From: an uncultured bacterium
GTDB lineage: Bacteria > Zixibacteria > MSB-5A5 > CAIYYT01
DNA: 64,000 nucleotides
Assembly (NCBI GenBank): GCA_903930455.1
Contig: CAIYYT010000002.1
Location: forward strand, 6,479-70,478
Reading direction: 5' to 3'
The first letter of the stretch is position 1; each line of letters starts with the position of its first letter. The notes below the pieces were generated by a model, which was not told the origin of the DNA, made no database searches, and saw nothing but the letters and a program-made list of their open reading frames with translations. This document shows, piece by piece, positions 8,752 to 17,341 of this stretch. Both the position numbers and the translations under genes were made by a program.

Positions 8752-10728
8752 TCAAAGTTTGACAAGTTGCTGAACTGAGGTGAGCAGAACCCTTGATTGT
8801 TCAAAATCAGTCGTGAGTTGGTTCTGGATCTGGATTAGGCATTCTGGTGTTGTTGCCATGATGATTATTGATTCGAAGTCCTTCTTCAGGTTCTTTTCGA
8901 GGTTCTTTTTCCAGTCTGATTTGCCGGTTTCGATTTCTACTGCTGTTCGTTTGCCGTCTTTTTCGATGACGATGTCTGTGTAGCCGTTCACTGGTTCTTC
9001 GATGAGGACTTTGTATCCCAAAGTTTCATAGTGTTCGGCCACTTTCTGTTTCCAGAATTTGTGTTCGAGTCCTTCGTTGAATCGCACTGGCGGCTTCTGG
9101 TGTCCGGATTGTGATAGCTGTTGCCAGCCGTCTTGGGTGATGTCGAGGAGTACCATTCTTCCGCTTTTTGTCAGTATGCTGACTGGTTCGATCAGTTGTT
9201 TCTCGATTAGGGATTTCTTGATGGTGTCGCCGTTTCTTCTGCTGACTCTCAATCTTCTGTAGCGTTCTACGACTCCCGAGAAAGGATGACTGGCGATCTC
9301 GAGCAGTAGTGCCTGTTCTCGTTCGTTGAGTTTCGCGGTGAAATCCTTTTTCGGAGGGGGCTCGATCTGAGCTGCTTGATTGCGGAGAACGTTTCTATAC
9401 GCCATCATGGCCTTGAGTTTTTGGTCGTCTACTGCTCCCTTGGGTACTTTGCAGTGGGAAATGACGACTTCAAATGGCTGAAGCCATCTTCCTTGTAGCT
9501 TTACGACCGCCGCTCCGATGGGTAAGCGGCCGAGTAGTTCGTTGTCTTCGTCCTTCATCAGCATAGCCGCAGCAACAGCATTGACGTCGAGTCGGTGTTT
9601 CAAGTTCATCGTGATGGTAGTGTAGGAGTTGCCCAATGCGGGTATGGAGATCAAGCTGGGGTGTTGGTCGACGAGGACTATGGCTTCGCCGAGTTCTCTG
9701 ATTTCCCTCAAGATGGTGTCGGTTACTGCTTCTCCTCCTGATCCTCCGGGCTTTTTGAGTAGTATGTGGTGTGCTTCTTCGATGAAGATGACGTGTTTGA
9801 AGCACTCCCTGTCCGGCTGGACTAGGCGATAGTGGTGTATCCAGAGAAGCATGGATTCGATGATCAGGTTCTTGTCATTGTTGGTCAAAGCATCAAGCTC
9901 AAGAATAACGTTTCTGTCAAGTAGGCTTGCCAAGTTTGGCTGGCTGGAAGTGTTGACTACTTCGCCCATGGGGCCAAAGCAGATGGACTTGATTCCTCTC
10001 ATGGTGGAGTCCATCCAGAGCGCCTTTCTGCCCTTGACCGGGTTGTCCTCAAGCCACTTCAAAACGTCTATGAAGGTGGGGTACTTCTGGGGGGTGCCCT
10101 CGTAAACACCAAATTGCTCGTAAACTGCATTCAATGCCTCCTGGAGCAAGAACATGACTCCCTCACCCAAGTAATAGGCGCCGGCGATGATCTCGATCAG
10201 TTTCTTGAGCCAGACTTTGGGATCAGTGCCCGTTGGAGGAATCAAGGGGTTGAAAACCATGGGGGAGGTGTTTCTACCAACAGTGTACACCAATATACTC
10301 TCGTCAGTCATGGCTAAGAGGTCTCGGTAGTTGCGTTTCCAGTCAAAGATCAAGAATGGCTTCTTCCTTGCCAAAAGGCTCTTGAGTAGAATGAAGACCG
10401 TGTTGGTCTTACCAGCACCACTTCTTCCAAAGATGGCTGTGTGCTGTATCCATTCGTCTTCCCGCAAGCCAAACTGGTGGTAGTTTCGTCCTGAGTAGTG
10501 GATTGTTCCGATGGGGTATTCGCCGTGGGCGGTGTCCTTTGGCGGGACTGAGAGATAGGTTTCGGGGCTGTCGACTGTCGAGCCGAGGCGTTTTACTGCC
10601 ATGAGCCGTATTGCTGCTTCGATGTCTCTTCTGCCGTCTTGGTCTTCGGTGAGGTAGGCGAGGTAGTACTGGTCGGCTTTCTTGCCGATGAGTGGTTTCA
10701 ATTGTCTGCAGAGTTCCTGGACGTCCAT
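8752..10728 (-). CDS. HerA/FtsK-superfamily (DUF87-like) ATPase fused to a C-terminal winged-helix and PD-(D/E)xK (Hjc/Mrr-like) nuclease-like domain. An alternative TTG start lies at 10734.
   Basis: Walker A FGRSGAGKTNT. Walker B HVIFIEEAHHIL. HerA-type downstream motif LVDQHPSLISIPALGNSYTTITMNLKHRLD. C-terminal ...NEREQALLLEIASHPFSGVVERYRRLRVSRRNGDTIKKSLIEKQL (wHTH-like) and GYTDIVIEKDGKRTAVEIETGKS (GxxD...E.K nuclease core). Its start lies 2 nt after the upstream gene's TGA. Confidence 0.8.
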   Translation of the reverse strand: MDVQELCRQLKPLIGKKADQYYLAYLTEDQDGRRDIEAAIRLMAVKRLGSTVDSPETYLSVPPKDTAHGEYPIGTIHYSGRNYHQFGLREDEWIQHTAIFGRSGAGKTNTVFILLKSLLARKKPFLIFDWKRNYRDLLAMTDESILVYTVGRNTSPMVFNPLIPPTGTDPKVWLKKLIEIIAGAYYLGEGVMFLLQEALNAVYEQFGVYEGTPQKYPTFIDVLKWLEDNPVKGRKALWMDSTMRGIKSICFGPMGEVVNTSSQPNLASLLDRNVILELDALTNNDKNLIIESMLLWIHHYRLVQPDRECFKHVIFIEEAHHILLKKPGGSGGEAVTDTILREIRELGEAIVLVDQHPSLISIPALGNSYTTITMNLKHRLDVNAVAAAMLMKDEDNELLGRLPIGAAVVKLQGRWLQPFEVVISHCKVPKGAVDDQKLKAMMAYRNVLRNQAAQIEPPPKKDFTAKLNEREQALLLEIASHPFSGVVERYRRLRVSRRNGDTIKKSLIEKQLIEPVSILTKSGRMVLLDITQDGWQQLSQSGHQKPPVRFNEGLEHKFWKQKVAEHYETLGYKVLIEEPVNGYTDIVIEKDGKRTAVEIETGKSDWKKNLEKNLKKDFESIIIMATTPECLIQIQNQLTTDFEQSRVLLTSVQQLVKL

Positions 10729-10730
10729 TT

Positions 10731-11462
10731 TCAATCATTGATCAGTTTTTGTCTGTTCGCTTGGGTGTCGATCTGCTGCTTTAGCTCGAGCAACTGCCCT
10801 TGCAGCCGGCTGACGTCTCGCCAGCAGGCGACTTGTTCAAAGCGCTTTTCTTGTTCGAAGGTGATCAGTTCCTTTTCGAAGAAGGATTTGCGCTTGTCAA
10901 TGACTGGCAGTGCTCCGAGCTCGAAAACGTCGAGTTGATCCAAGACTGAATTGGCACGACTGATTCGTCCGTCAATCTCATAAAGATTGCTGTCACGGAT
11001 GGAGAGGCGCTCGTAGATCTGCTCCAAAATACCCTTGGAGGAGTTCAGCAGTACTTCCTTCTTGGAATCAAGAAACCTATCAATAGGATCATTTGCCTTG
11101 ACGATGGAATCGAGACCAGGATTATCACTGGCCAACTTTGGACTTGCGACTGGCAGGTAGTGTTCATCGACGCCGAGAAGATACGGGTAGCCGAGTAGTC
11201 TTGAACAAGTTGAGAAAATTTGTGGAGCTGTATCTAAAACGAGTTTCTCGTGTCCCATGGGGTTGTAAGGATTGACATAGTTGAAGATCATGGTTACCAC
11301 CTGAAATGTCTTGACTATCCAGTGGTAATCAGCGCAAGTATATAAATGTTCCGATTTCGCAGTCTTTCGAACGATATGGACGAGTTTTTCCATCGCGTGA
11401 ACACCGAACGGTTCAGAGCAGACCGGCCTGAGGTACTCAGCAGCACTAGCAAGCATTGGCAC
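10731..11462 (-). CDS. Hypothetical protein, partner of the HerA-like ATPase (operonic, coupled). The true start may be the internal ATG at 11291 (186 aa), which is preceded by AGGTGG.
   Basis: ORF with a coiled-coil-like C-terminus (...RLQGQLLELKQQIDTQANRQKLIND). The internal ATG at 11291 sits in the motif CAGGTGGTAACCATG (strong SD + ATG). No recognisable family. Confidence 0.6.
   Translation of the reverse strand: MPMLASAAEYLRPVCSEPFGVHAMEKLVHIVRKTAKSEHLYTCADYHWIVKTFQVVTMIFNYVNPYNPMGHEKLVLDTAPQIFSTCSRLLGYPYLLGVDEHYLPVASPKLASDNPGLDSIVKANDPIDRFLDSKKEVLLNSSKGILEQIYERLSIRDSNLYEIDGRISRANSVLDQLDVFELGALPVIDKRKSFFEKELITFEQEKRFEQVACWRDVSRLQGQLLELKQQIDTQANRQKLIND
11278..11370. repeat. About 90-bp repeat, copy 1. 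It overlaps the 5' region of ORF 10731..11462 and contains a TATATA-like box, an AGGTGG SD and the ATG. It is nearly identical to 14608..14700.
   Basis: By-eye alignment: tagttgaagatcatggttaccacctgaa[a/t]tgtcttgactatccagtggtaatcag[c/a]gc[a/g]agtatataaatgtt is shared, with 3-5 mismatches over about 80 bp. Confidence 0.7.
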
Positions 11463-11647
11463 CGCGGCAGATTAACCGATTGTCAATAGCCGCTGTCAAT
11501 CCTCATGGCAATCCCGCTAGTTTCGAAGAAAGGCTTCTCTGAAAACATAACTGACGAATGCAGCAATGTTGCGAACGGAGATTTGCCCAACGCAACAGCA
11601 ATCAGGCGGAAAGACTGGACCTGCCGATTACCTCCGCAAAATGCGGG

Positions 11648-14323
11648 CTATCTCAGCAGCAGCATTTTGTTGGTTTCCGATGCGTTTCCGGCCTTCAACC
11701 GGTAGAAATAGATTCCGCTGGCCACCAAACGCCCCCAATCATCTGTTCCATCCCAAGTGGTTGTATATGAGCCCGCATTCTTCGACTCATCGATAAGCAT
11801 TCGGACCTTTCGGCCGAGATTATTGAAAATAGTTATGGAGACGTGAGAGCGGCCTAGAATGCTATATTCAATTATCGTCGCTGGATTGAAAGGGTTCGGG
11901 TAATTCTGAGAAAGCCTCGCAGATTCTGGCAGCGGCTGCAATCCGTCATCTATCACGTCCGTGGCACTTCCTTTGAACCACCGCGCAAGATGGGCTGACA
12001 CTTTCCCCCCAGCTATTGTAAATCTTCCTCCCGCGATCAGATCATTGCCATAGGTTGTGAGAGCAGAAACGAAACCGTTCATCCCTGAACCGAGCGGTGA
12101 CCAAATAGTGTCATCCCATGCAGCAATATAGCTGGCTGTGACTTCTCCTGCTGACCAAAATTTTCCACCTGCAATCAACCTGTTCCTATGGACCGCTAAT
12201 GCGGAGACATATCCACCCATCCCTGAGCTCAAGGAGGACCAAGAGTTTCCGTCCCAAGCAGCTATGTATCTGACCAGGTTGTTTCCTCCTCCTCCCGCTG
12301 TCTCAAACTCTCCTCCAGCAATCAGCTTGTTGTTGAAGACGGTGAGGGCATTGACAGCGAAGTAATACCCACCCGTCCCTGAGCCAAGTGACGTCCAAGA
12401 AACGCCATCCCAAGCTGCGATGCCGGCTCGAGGAACACCCCCAGCAATGTTGAAATATCCTCCGACAATCAGCTCCCTGTCATAGATCGCCAGGGCACGG
12501 ACTTCGCCATTTGTCCCAGAACTGAGCGGAGACCATGAGCTGCCATCCCAGGAAGCAATAAAACTAGAGGCTACGCCCCCCTCCCACGCAAGCAATCCGC
12601 CCGCGATCAACTTGTCGTTGTAGACCGTGAGAGCATAGACGGGGCCATCCATTCCTGAGCCGAGGGTCGACCAAGAGTTGCCGTCCCAGGCGGCAATGTA
12701 ACCGACGCTGACCCCGCCTGCTGAGTGAAAACTCCCCCCCGCTATCAGCTTCTGATTATAGACAGTGAGAGCATTTACGCTTGGTCGACCATAGTTGGCG
12801 CTCATTCCTGGGCCGAGCGATGACCAGTTAGTGCCGTCCCAAGACGCGATGCAATTGACCCTGATACCTCCCGCCATGATGAACTCTCCCCCTACGATAA
12901 GCTTGTCATCATAAATTGTGAGAGCATAGACTGGACCATCCATTGCAGTCCCTAGCGGCGTCCAAGAAGTACCATCCCATCCAGTAATGTTATGGGTAGC
13001 GAAATCTCCTGCATTCTGGAATTGTCCCCCAGCGACCAATTTGCCGTCATAGGACGTGAGGGCCAACACCATGCCTGAAGTTCCCTGGCCCAGTGGTGAC
13101 CAAGATGTACCATCCCAACTGGCGATGTTCTGGGTCGAGATCCCCCCCGCATTATAGAATTTACCTCCGGCGATCAGTTTGTCATCATAGGACGTGAAGG
13201 CAAGCACCATGTCAGTAGTTCCCTGGCCCAGTGGTGACCAAGATGTACCATCCCATCCAGCAATATTATAGGTAGCGACACCTCCCGCTCCCCAGAACAA
13301 CCCTCCAGCGATTAACTTGTCATGATAAACCGTGAGAGTTCGGACAATACCATAATCGCTTATCCCTGTGCCGAGAGTTGACCAAGACGTGCCATTCCAA
13401 GCAGCGATTCTGCTGGCCGGGTCGCCTCCGGCCTCGGAAAAGTTTCCTCCCGCGATAAGACTACCGTTGTAGACTGTAAGAGCCTCGACAACCGAATTCA
13501 TCCCCGACCCAAGCGGCGACCAAGAACTACCATCCCAGGAAGCAATGTGGCGAACCGAATCGCCGTCAACCACGGAGAAGTTTCCTCCCGCGATAAGCCG
13601 CCCGCTATAGACCGTGAGACTTGCGACGACCGAATTCATCCCCGATCCAAGTGGCAACCAGGAGCTGCCGTCCCAAGCTGCGATGTGGTAAGCCTCAATG
13701 CCTCCTGCATTGGTAAAGAACCCTCCGGCTACTAGCCTATTACCATAGACTGCGAGAGCATAGACCTCGCCGTTCATCCCTGTGCCGAGCGTTGACCAGG
13801 AAGTGCCGTTCCAGGCAGCGATTCTGCCGGCAAAAACGGTGCCTGCCAGAGCGAAGCCACCTGCGACGATCAACTGACCATTGTAAACAGCAAAAGCGTA
13901 AACCAGACTATCGACCCCTTGAAATGATGGTGAAATGCTGTTATCCCAATAGATGTCATCAGGGTGATCGGTTGGCGAAGCAGGAGAAGCAGGGCGAAAC
14001 ACTGGCTGACCTGTGGAATTGTCAAATGCGGAGGTGAAACCTCTCAAGTCCAACGGTCCCTGATAACCTGAACGCTGTGCAGCTTCAAGTTCGAATCGTC
14101 CGTCAGGCTTGAGAAACTCCCCGATGCTTCTGCCGGAGGCCTTGTCTGTGTCATCAGTTGCATTCGCCTTGAAGAACCCGCAGCCATCCCATTGCCCCAT
14201 GTTTTTCGTGAATGCCAGTGGCATCTTTTTGAGTGTTTCAGCGGTTATCTGTGATGCTTGCACTTTGTACGCGAACAATAGGCTACAGAGCCCAAGCGCG
14301 GTGAATAGGATCGCTTTTTTCAA
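11648..14323 (-). CDS. Secreted beta-propeller-type repeat protein (14 or more tandem ~50-aa WDG(T/S)SWSxLGxG...YALxVYxxxLIAGGxF repeats) with a T9SS C-terminal sorting domain. TTG start.
   Basis: N-terminal signal MKKAILFTALGLCSLLFA. Long tandem repeat array. C-terminus LSQNYPNPFNPATIIEYSI...GIYFYRLKAGNASETNKMLLLR (T9SS CTD). TTG start with GGGAGG SD; the N-terminus is shared with 14798..17164. Confidence 0.9.
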   Translation of the reverse strand: MKKAILFTALGLCSLLFAYKVQASQITAETLKKMPLAFTKNMGQWDGCGFFKANATDDTDKASGRSIGEFLKPDGRFELEAAQRSGYQGPLDLRGFTSAFDNSTGQPVFRPASPASPTDHPDDIYWDNSISPSFQGVDSLVYAFAVYNGQLIVAGGFALAGTVFAGRIAAWNGTSWSTLGTGMNGEVYALAVYGNRLVAGGFFTNAGGIEAYHIAAWDGSSWLPLGSGMNSVVASLTVYSGRLIAGGNFSVVDGDSVRHIASWDGSSWSPLGSGMNSVVEALTVYNGSLIAGGNFSEAGGDPASRIAAWNGTSWSTLGTGISDYGIVRTLTVYHDKLIAGGLFWGAGGVATYNIAGWDGTSWSPLGQGTTDMVLAFTSYDDKLIAGGKFYNAGGISTQNIASWDGTSWSPLGQGTSGMVLALTSYDGKLVAGGQFQNAGDFATHNITGWDGTSWTPLGTAMDGPVYALTIYDDKLIVGGEFIMAGGIRVNCIASWDGTNWSSLGPGMSANYGRPSVNALTVYNQKLIAGGSFHSAGGVSVGYIAAWDGNSWSTLGSGMDGPVYALTVYNDKLIAGGLLAWEGGVASSFIASWDGSSWSPLSSGTNGEVRALAIYDRELIVGGYFNIAGGVPRAGIAAWDGVSWTSLGSGTGGYYFAVNALTVFNNKLIAGGEFETAGGGGNNLVRYIAAWDGNSWSSLSSGMGGYVSALAVHRNRLIAGGKFWSAGEVTASYIAAWDDTIWSPLGSGMNGFVSALTTYGNDLIAGGRFTIAGGKVSAHLARWFKGSATDVIDDGLQPLPESARLSQNYPNPFNPATIIEYSILGRSHVSITIFNNLGRKVRMLIDESKNAGSYTTTWDGTDDWGRLVASGIYFYRLKAGNASETNKMLLLR

Positions 14324-14352
14324 AATGCCTCCCGGCGAAGTATGATGACTTA

Positions 14353-14388
14353 CTGAACAAGGATAATTAATATGGCTGAATTGTCAAG
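14353..14388 (-). promoter_or_regulatory. Sigma70-like promoter candidate for the 11648..14323 gene: -35 TTGACA (14388..14383), 17-nt spacer, -10 TATCCT (14365..14360). It is conserved upstream of the paralog at 14798..17164.
   Basis: Hexamers read on the minus strand. The about 85-bp upstream/leader region 14324..14420 is about 90% identical to 17165..17260. Confidence 0.45.
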
Positions 14389-14489
14389 GCAAAGCGTCGC
14401 CGATGTACATCCAAGGTCACCTACCGTAGTCGTCGAGGGGCGTTTAGTGATTGTGGGTGTTGGTTGTGGGGTGAGAAGGGGCCGTTTTG

Positions 14490-14700
14490 GGCTCCTTCCC
14501 TGTGCTGTCGGCTATGCTTCAACGTTCAGATATGCCCCTATTGCGGTTACTTCTCATCTGATGAGCGCCCCAGCCAGTGACATCAGGTCGTAAGTGTCGT
14601 TGTCGTAGTTGAAGATCATGGTTACCACCTGAATTGTCTTGACTATCCAGTGGTAATCAGAGCGAGTATATAAATGTTGTGATTCAGCAGTGGTGACACG
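14490..14700 (-). pseudogene. Hybrid gene fragment. The 5' end resembles the N-terminal region of ORF 10731..11462 (...HLYTRSDYHWIVKTIQVVTMIFNY) and the 3' end resembles the C-terminus of ORF 17342..18721 (DNDTYDLMSLAGALIR*EVTAIGAYLNVEA). An in-frame stop interrupts it.
   Basis: Minus-strand translation of 14490..14700 compared with ...HLYTCADYHWIVKTFQVVTMIFNYVNPYNP (gene at 10731..11462) and ...NNDIYDLTSLARAIIKGEITQAGAYLNVEA* (gene at 17342..18721). Confidence 0.5.
14608..14700. repeat. About 90-bp repeat, copy 2 (see 11278..11370). It abuts the decayed C-terminal fragment of a paralog of 17342..18721.
   Basis: By-eye alignment with 11278..11370. Confidence 0.7.
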
Positions 14701-14797
14701 CCACTGGGTGTGCCGTACAGCTTCGATGACTTGTCAAAAAGAAAAACCGGAAGCCGCCCTCTAAACTCCCGGTCATCAGTTCACTCAGCGTCCTTGC

Positions 14798-17164
14798 TTA
14801 CTTGCACCCCGCACACGGTGCCAGTCCGCCAGAGAATATGTACGCAATCAGATACACCGCGTCCGAAATATCAACCGACCCACTGCAATTGGCGTCTCCG
14901 GATTGATATGGGCAAGGCTCTGGGCCACCCCCAAAGATATAAGCAATCAGATATACAGCGTCTGAGATATCAACGCTCCGACTGCCGTCAGCGTCACCGC
15001 AGAGCTGTGGTTCGCTGAAGGCACCAAACTTGGTCACGCATGCGAGATACGGACCGTTGCCTGCCGACTGGTATGGATTGAGAAGCGGAAAGTCCGCCGA
15101 CCAAGTCATTCCTGTTACATAGGCGTTGCCCCCATTGTCAATTGCGATGTGTGGACAGTAAGCTCCTTCCCCGTCCATGCCACTGCCGCCGAGGTAGGTG
15201 CTGTATTCAAGCGATCTTCCGCATGGTTTCAGTTTGGTCACGAAAAAGTCCCAGTCACCATGATTCATTGACTGGTATGGATTCTGAATCGGAAAGAGAG
15301 ATGACTTTGTTGCTCCCGCCACGTAGGCATTTCCGACATTGTCTACAGCAATCCCAAATCCTTTGTCATAATCTCCTCCACCAAGGTAGGTGCTATATAA
15401 CAGACTGCTGCCAGAACTTGAGAGTTTGCATACAAAAGCATCGCAATAGCCACCTGCAAACGTCCCCTGATAGGGATTCTGAGTCGGGAAGTTGGAAGAC
15501 CATGTTTCCCCAGTCACATAGGCATTTCCGGTGCCATCGACTGCGATGGCGTGTCCTGCATCCGCCTCTCCTCCACCGAGGTAGGTGCTGTATATAAGAC
15601 TGTTCCCGGCACTGCTCAGCTTGGTTACGAAGGCATCGAATGGGCCACCCTGCAATGTTGCTTGCAACGGATTCTGAGTCGGAAAGTCTGTTGATACAGT
15701 CCGCCCCGTAACATAGGCATTATCGTTGGCATCGATCGCAACTCCATAGCCCTCGTCTTCTCCTAATCCGCCGAGATATGTACTGTAAGCCAGTGTGCTA
15801 CCGGTCGGATTCAGTTTCGTGATGAAGGCGTCGACTAAGCCACCACGAAATGTGGATTGGTAGGAATTTTGGGTGGGGAAATCTCCCGCATAGGTAAGGC
15901 CCGTTACAAAGGCGTTGCCGTTGCCATCGACAGCGATCCCATAGCTTTCGTCATAATCACGGCCGCCTAGGTAAGTGCTGTAGACGAGTGCATTACCGTC
16001 CGCATTTAGCTTGGTAACGAAAGCATCATAATAGTGATGATTCAAGGTTGACTGGAACGGATTCTGCGTCGGAAAGTCCATCGAACCAGTACCACCCGTA
16101 ACGTAGGCGTTGCCACCGTTGTCAACTGCGATGCCCCAAGCGAATTCAAAGTCTTCACCACCGAGGTAGGTGCTATATATCAGACTGTTCCCAGTGGTTG
16201 AGAGCTTTGTTACAAAGACGTCCTGGTTGCCATGGTACGTCTGATAGGGATTCTGAGTCGGGAAATCGATCGACTGGGTCCAGCCCGTTACATAAGCATT
16301 ACCGGAGTTGTCTACTGCAATGCTAAAGGCTTCGTCATAGCCGCTCCCACCTAGCAAGGTGCTATAGATAAGCCCAACATTCAGCGATGTTGATTGCATT
16401 CGGCTCTGATCCGTAGTTTCCAAGGTAACCGTATCCTCTGCTTCTCGCGAAAACAGGGCAGAACCTGAACGCTTATCGTTTGTCGGCCCTGCAAAAGCGA
16501 CTATCACGTCTCCCCACTTGGTTTGCACTAAAAGTGTGCCGCCGGAATCGACCAAAGTCTTTTCGGCGCCTTCGAAGGCTATTTTGACTTGTGCCACATC
16601 TGCTCCCGGCTCCACGATATACGCATACGACGCCTGGCCTGTGCCGTCGCCAGAATATCTTATGTCGATACCGGGATAAATGTCTTTGAGCGTGATCGCT
16701 TCGTAGTTGGGCACATCGGTATGCCATTTCGACGGATCATTACCGATGAAGTAGTTGCACTTGTATTCCAATTGCCCCTCGGCTACAACTTCGGGATTCG
16801 AATTCGCCCCGACGAATTTGGCAGTTAGAATCATCTGCTCGACGGAGTCCCTTTCCTGCGAGAATCGATCAGCCGTGTCAAAGGGGCTAGCGGCGTTCGC
16901 CAGACCAGGCACACTAACTGCACCGCCGCGGTCGATCCGTCTTGTGAATTGGTAGGTCACCCCTTCTTTTGTAAACCACATCGTGGCGCCTCCGGCGCTA
17001 GCGCGGAACAAGACGCGTTCGTCCCACTGGCCCATGTTTTTCGTAAAGGCCAAAGGCATCTTTGCGAGTGTCTTAGTGGTAATTTGTGATGCTTGCACTT
17101 GGAACACGAACAATAAGCTACAAAGTCCTAGCGCGAGCGCAGTGAGTAGGATTGCTTTCCTCAA
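14798..17164 (-). CDS. Secreted SBBP (beta-propeller) repeat protein with two C-terminal dockerin-type repeats. It is a paralog of 11648..14323 at its N-terminus only. TTG start.
   Basis: Signal peptide MRKAILLTALALGLCSLLF. Repeated GxGNAYVTGxTxSxDFPTQNPYQ... units (SBBP-like). C-terminus CGDADGSRSVDISDAVYLIAYIFGGG...GDANCSGSVDISDAVYLIAYIFSGG is a duplicated dockerin-type Ca-binding motif. Confidence 0.9.
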   Translation of the reverse strand: MRKAILLTALALGLCSLLFVFQVQASQITTKTLAKMPLAFTKNMGQWDERVLFRASAGGATMWFTKEGVTYQFTRRIDRGGAVSVPGLANAASPFDTADRFSQERDSVEQMILTAKFVGANSNPEVVAEGQLEYKCNYFIGNDPSKWHTDVPNYEAITLKDIYPGIDIRYSGDGTGQASYAYIVEPGADVAQVKIAFEGAEKTLVDSGGTLLVQTKWGDVIVAFAGPTNDKRSGSALFSREAEDTVTLETTDQSRMQSTSLNVGLIYSTLLGGSGYDEAFSIAVDNSGNAYVTGWTQSIDFPTQNPYQTYHGNQDVFVTKLSTTGNSLIYSTYLGGEDFEFAWGIAVDNGGNAYVTGGTGSMDFPTQNPFQSTLNHHYYDAFVTKLNADGNALVYSTYLGGRDYDESYGIAVDGNGNAFVTGLTYAGDFPTQNSYQSTFRGGLVDAFITKLNPTGSTLAYSTYLGGLGEDEGYGVAIDANDNAYVTGRTVSTDFPTQNPLQATLQGGPFDAFVTKLSSAGNSLIYSTYLGGGEADAGHAIAVDGTGNAYVTGETWSSNFPTQNPYQGTFAGGYCDAFVCKLSSSGSSLLYSTYLGGGDYDKGFGIAVDNVGNAYVAGATKSSLFPIQNPYQSMNHGDWDFFVTKLKPCGRSLEYSTYLGGSGMDGEGAYCPHIAIDNGGNAYVTGMTWSADFPLLNPYQSAGNGPYLACVTKFGAFSEPQLCGDADGSRSVDISDAVYLIAYIFGGGPEPCPYQSGDANCSGSVDISDAVYLIAYIFSGGLAPCAGCK

Positions 17165-17193
17165 GGTGCCTCCCGGCGAAGTATGATGATTTG

Positions 17194-17228
17194 CTGAATA
17201 AGGATAATCAATATGGCTGAATTGTCAA
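17194..17228 (-). promoter_or_regulatory. Promoter candidate paralogous to 14353..14388: -35 TTGACA (17228..17223), 16-nt spacer, -10 TATCCT (17206..17201).
   Basis: Same hexamers in the conserved leader region. Confidence 0.4.
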
Positions 17229-17341
17229 GGCAAAGCGTCGCCACCGTGCCCTCCCTCATGGATCGCTTGCCGTGCTTTCCTAGAGGTGTTTGCTGTGGCG
17301 GGGAGAAGGGGCCCAAAATGGCCCCTTCTTTGTGCTGTGGG

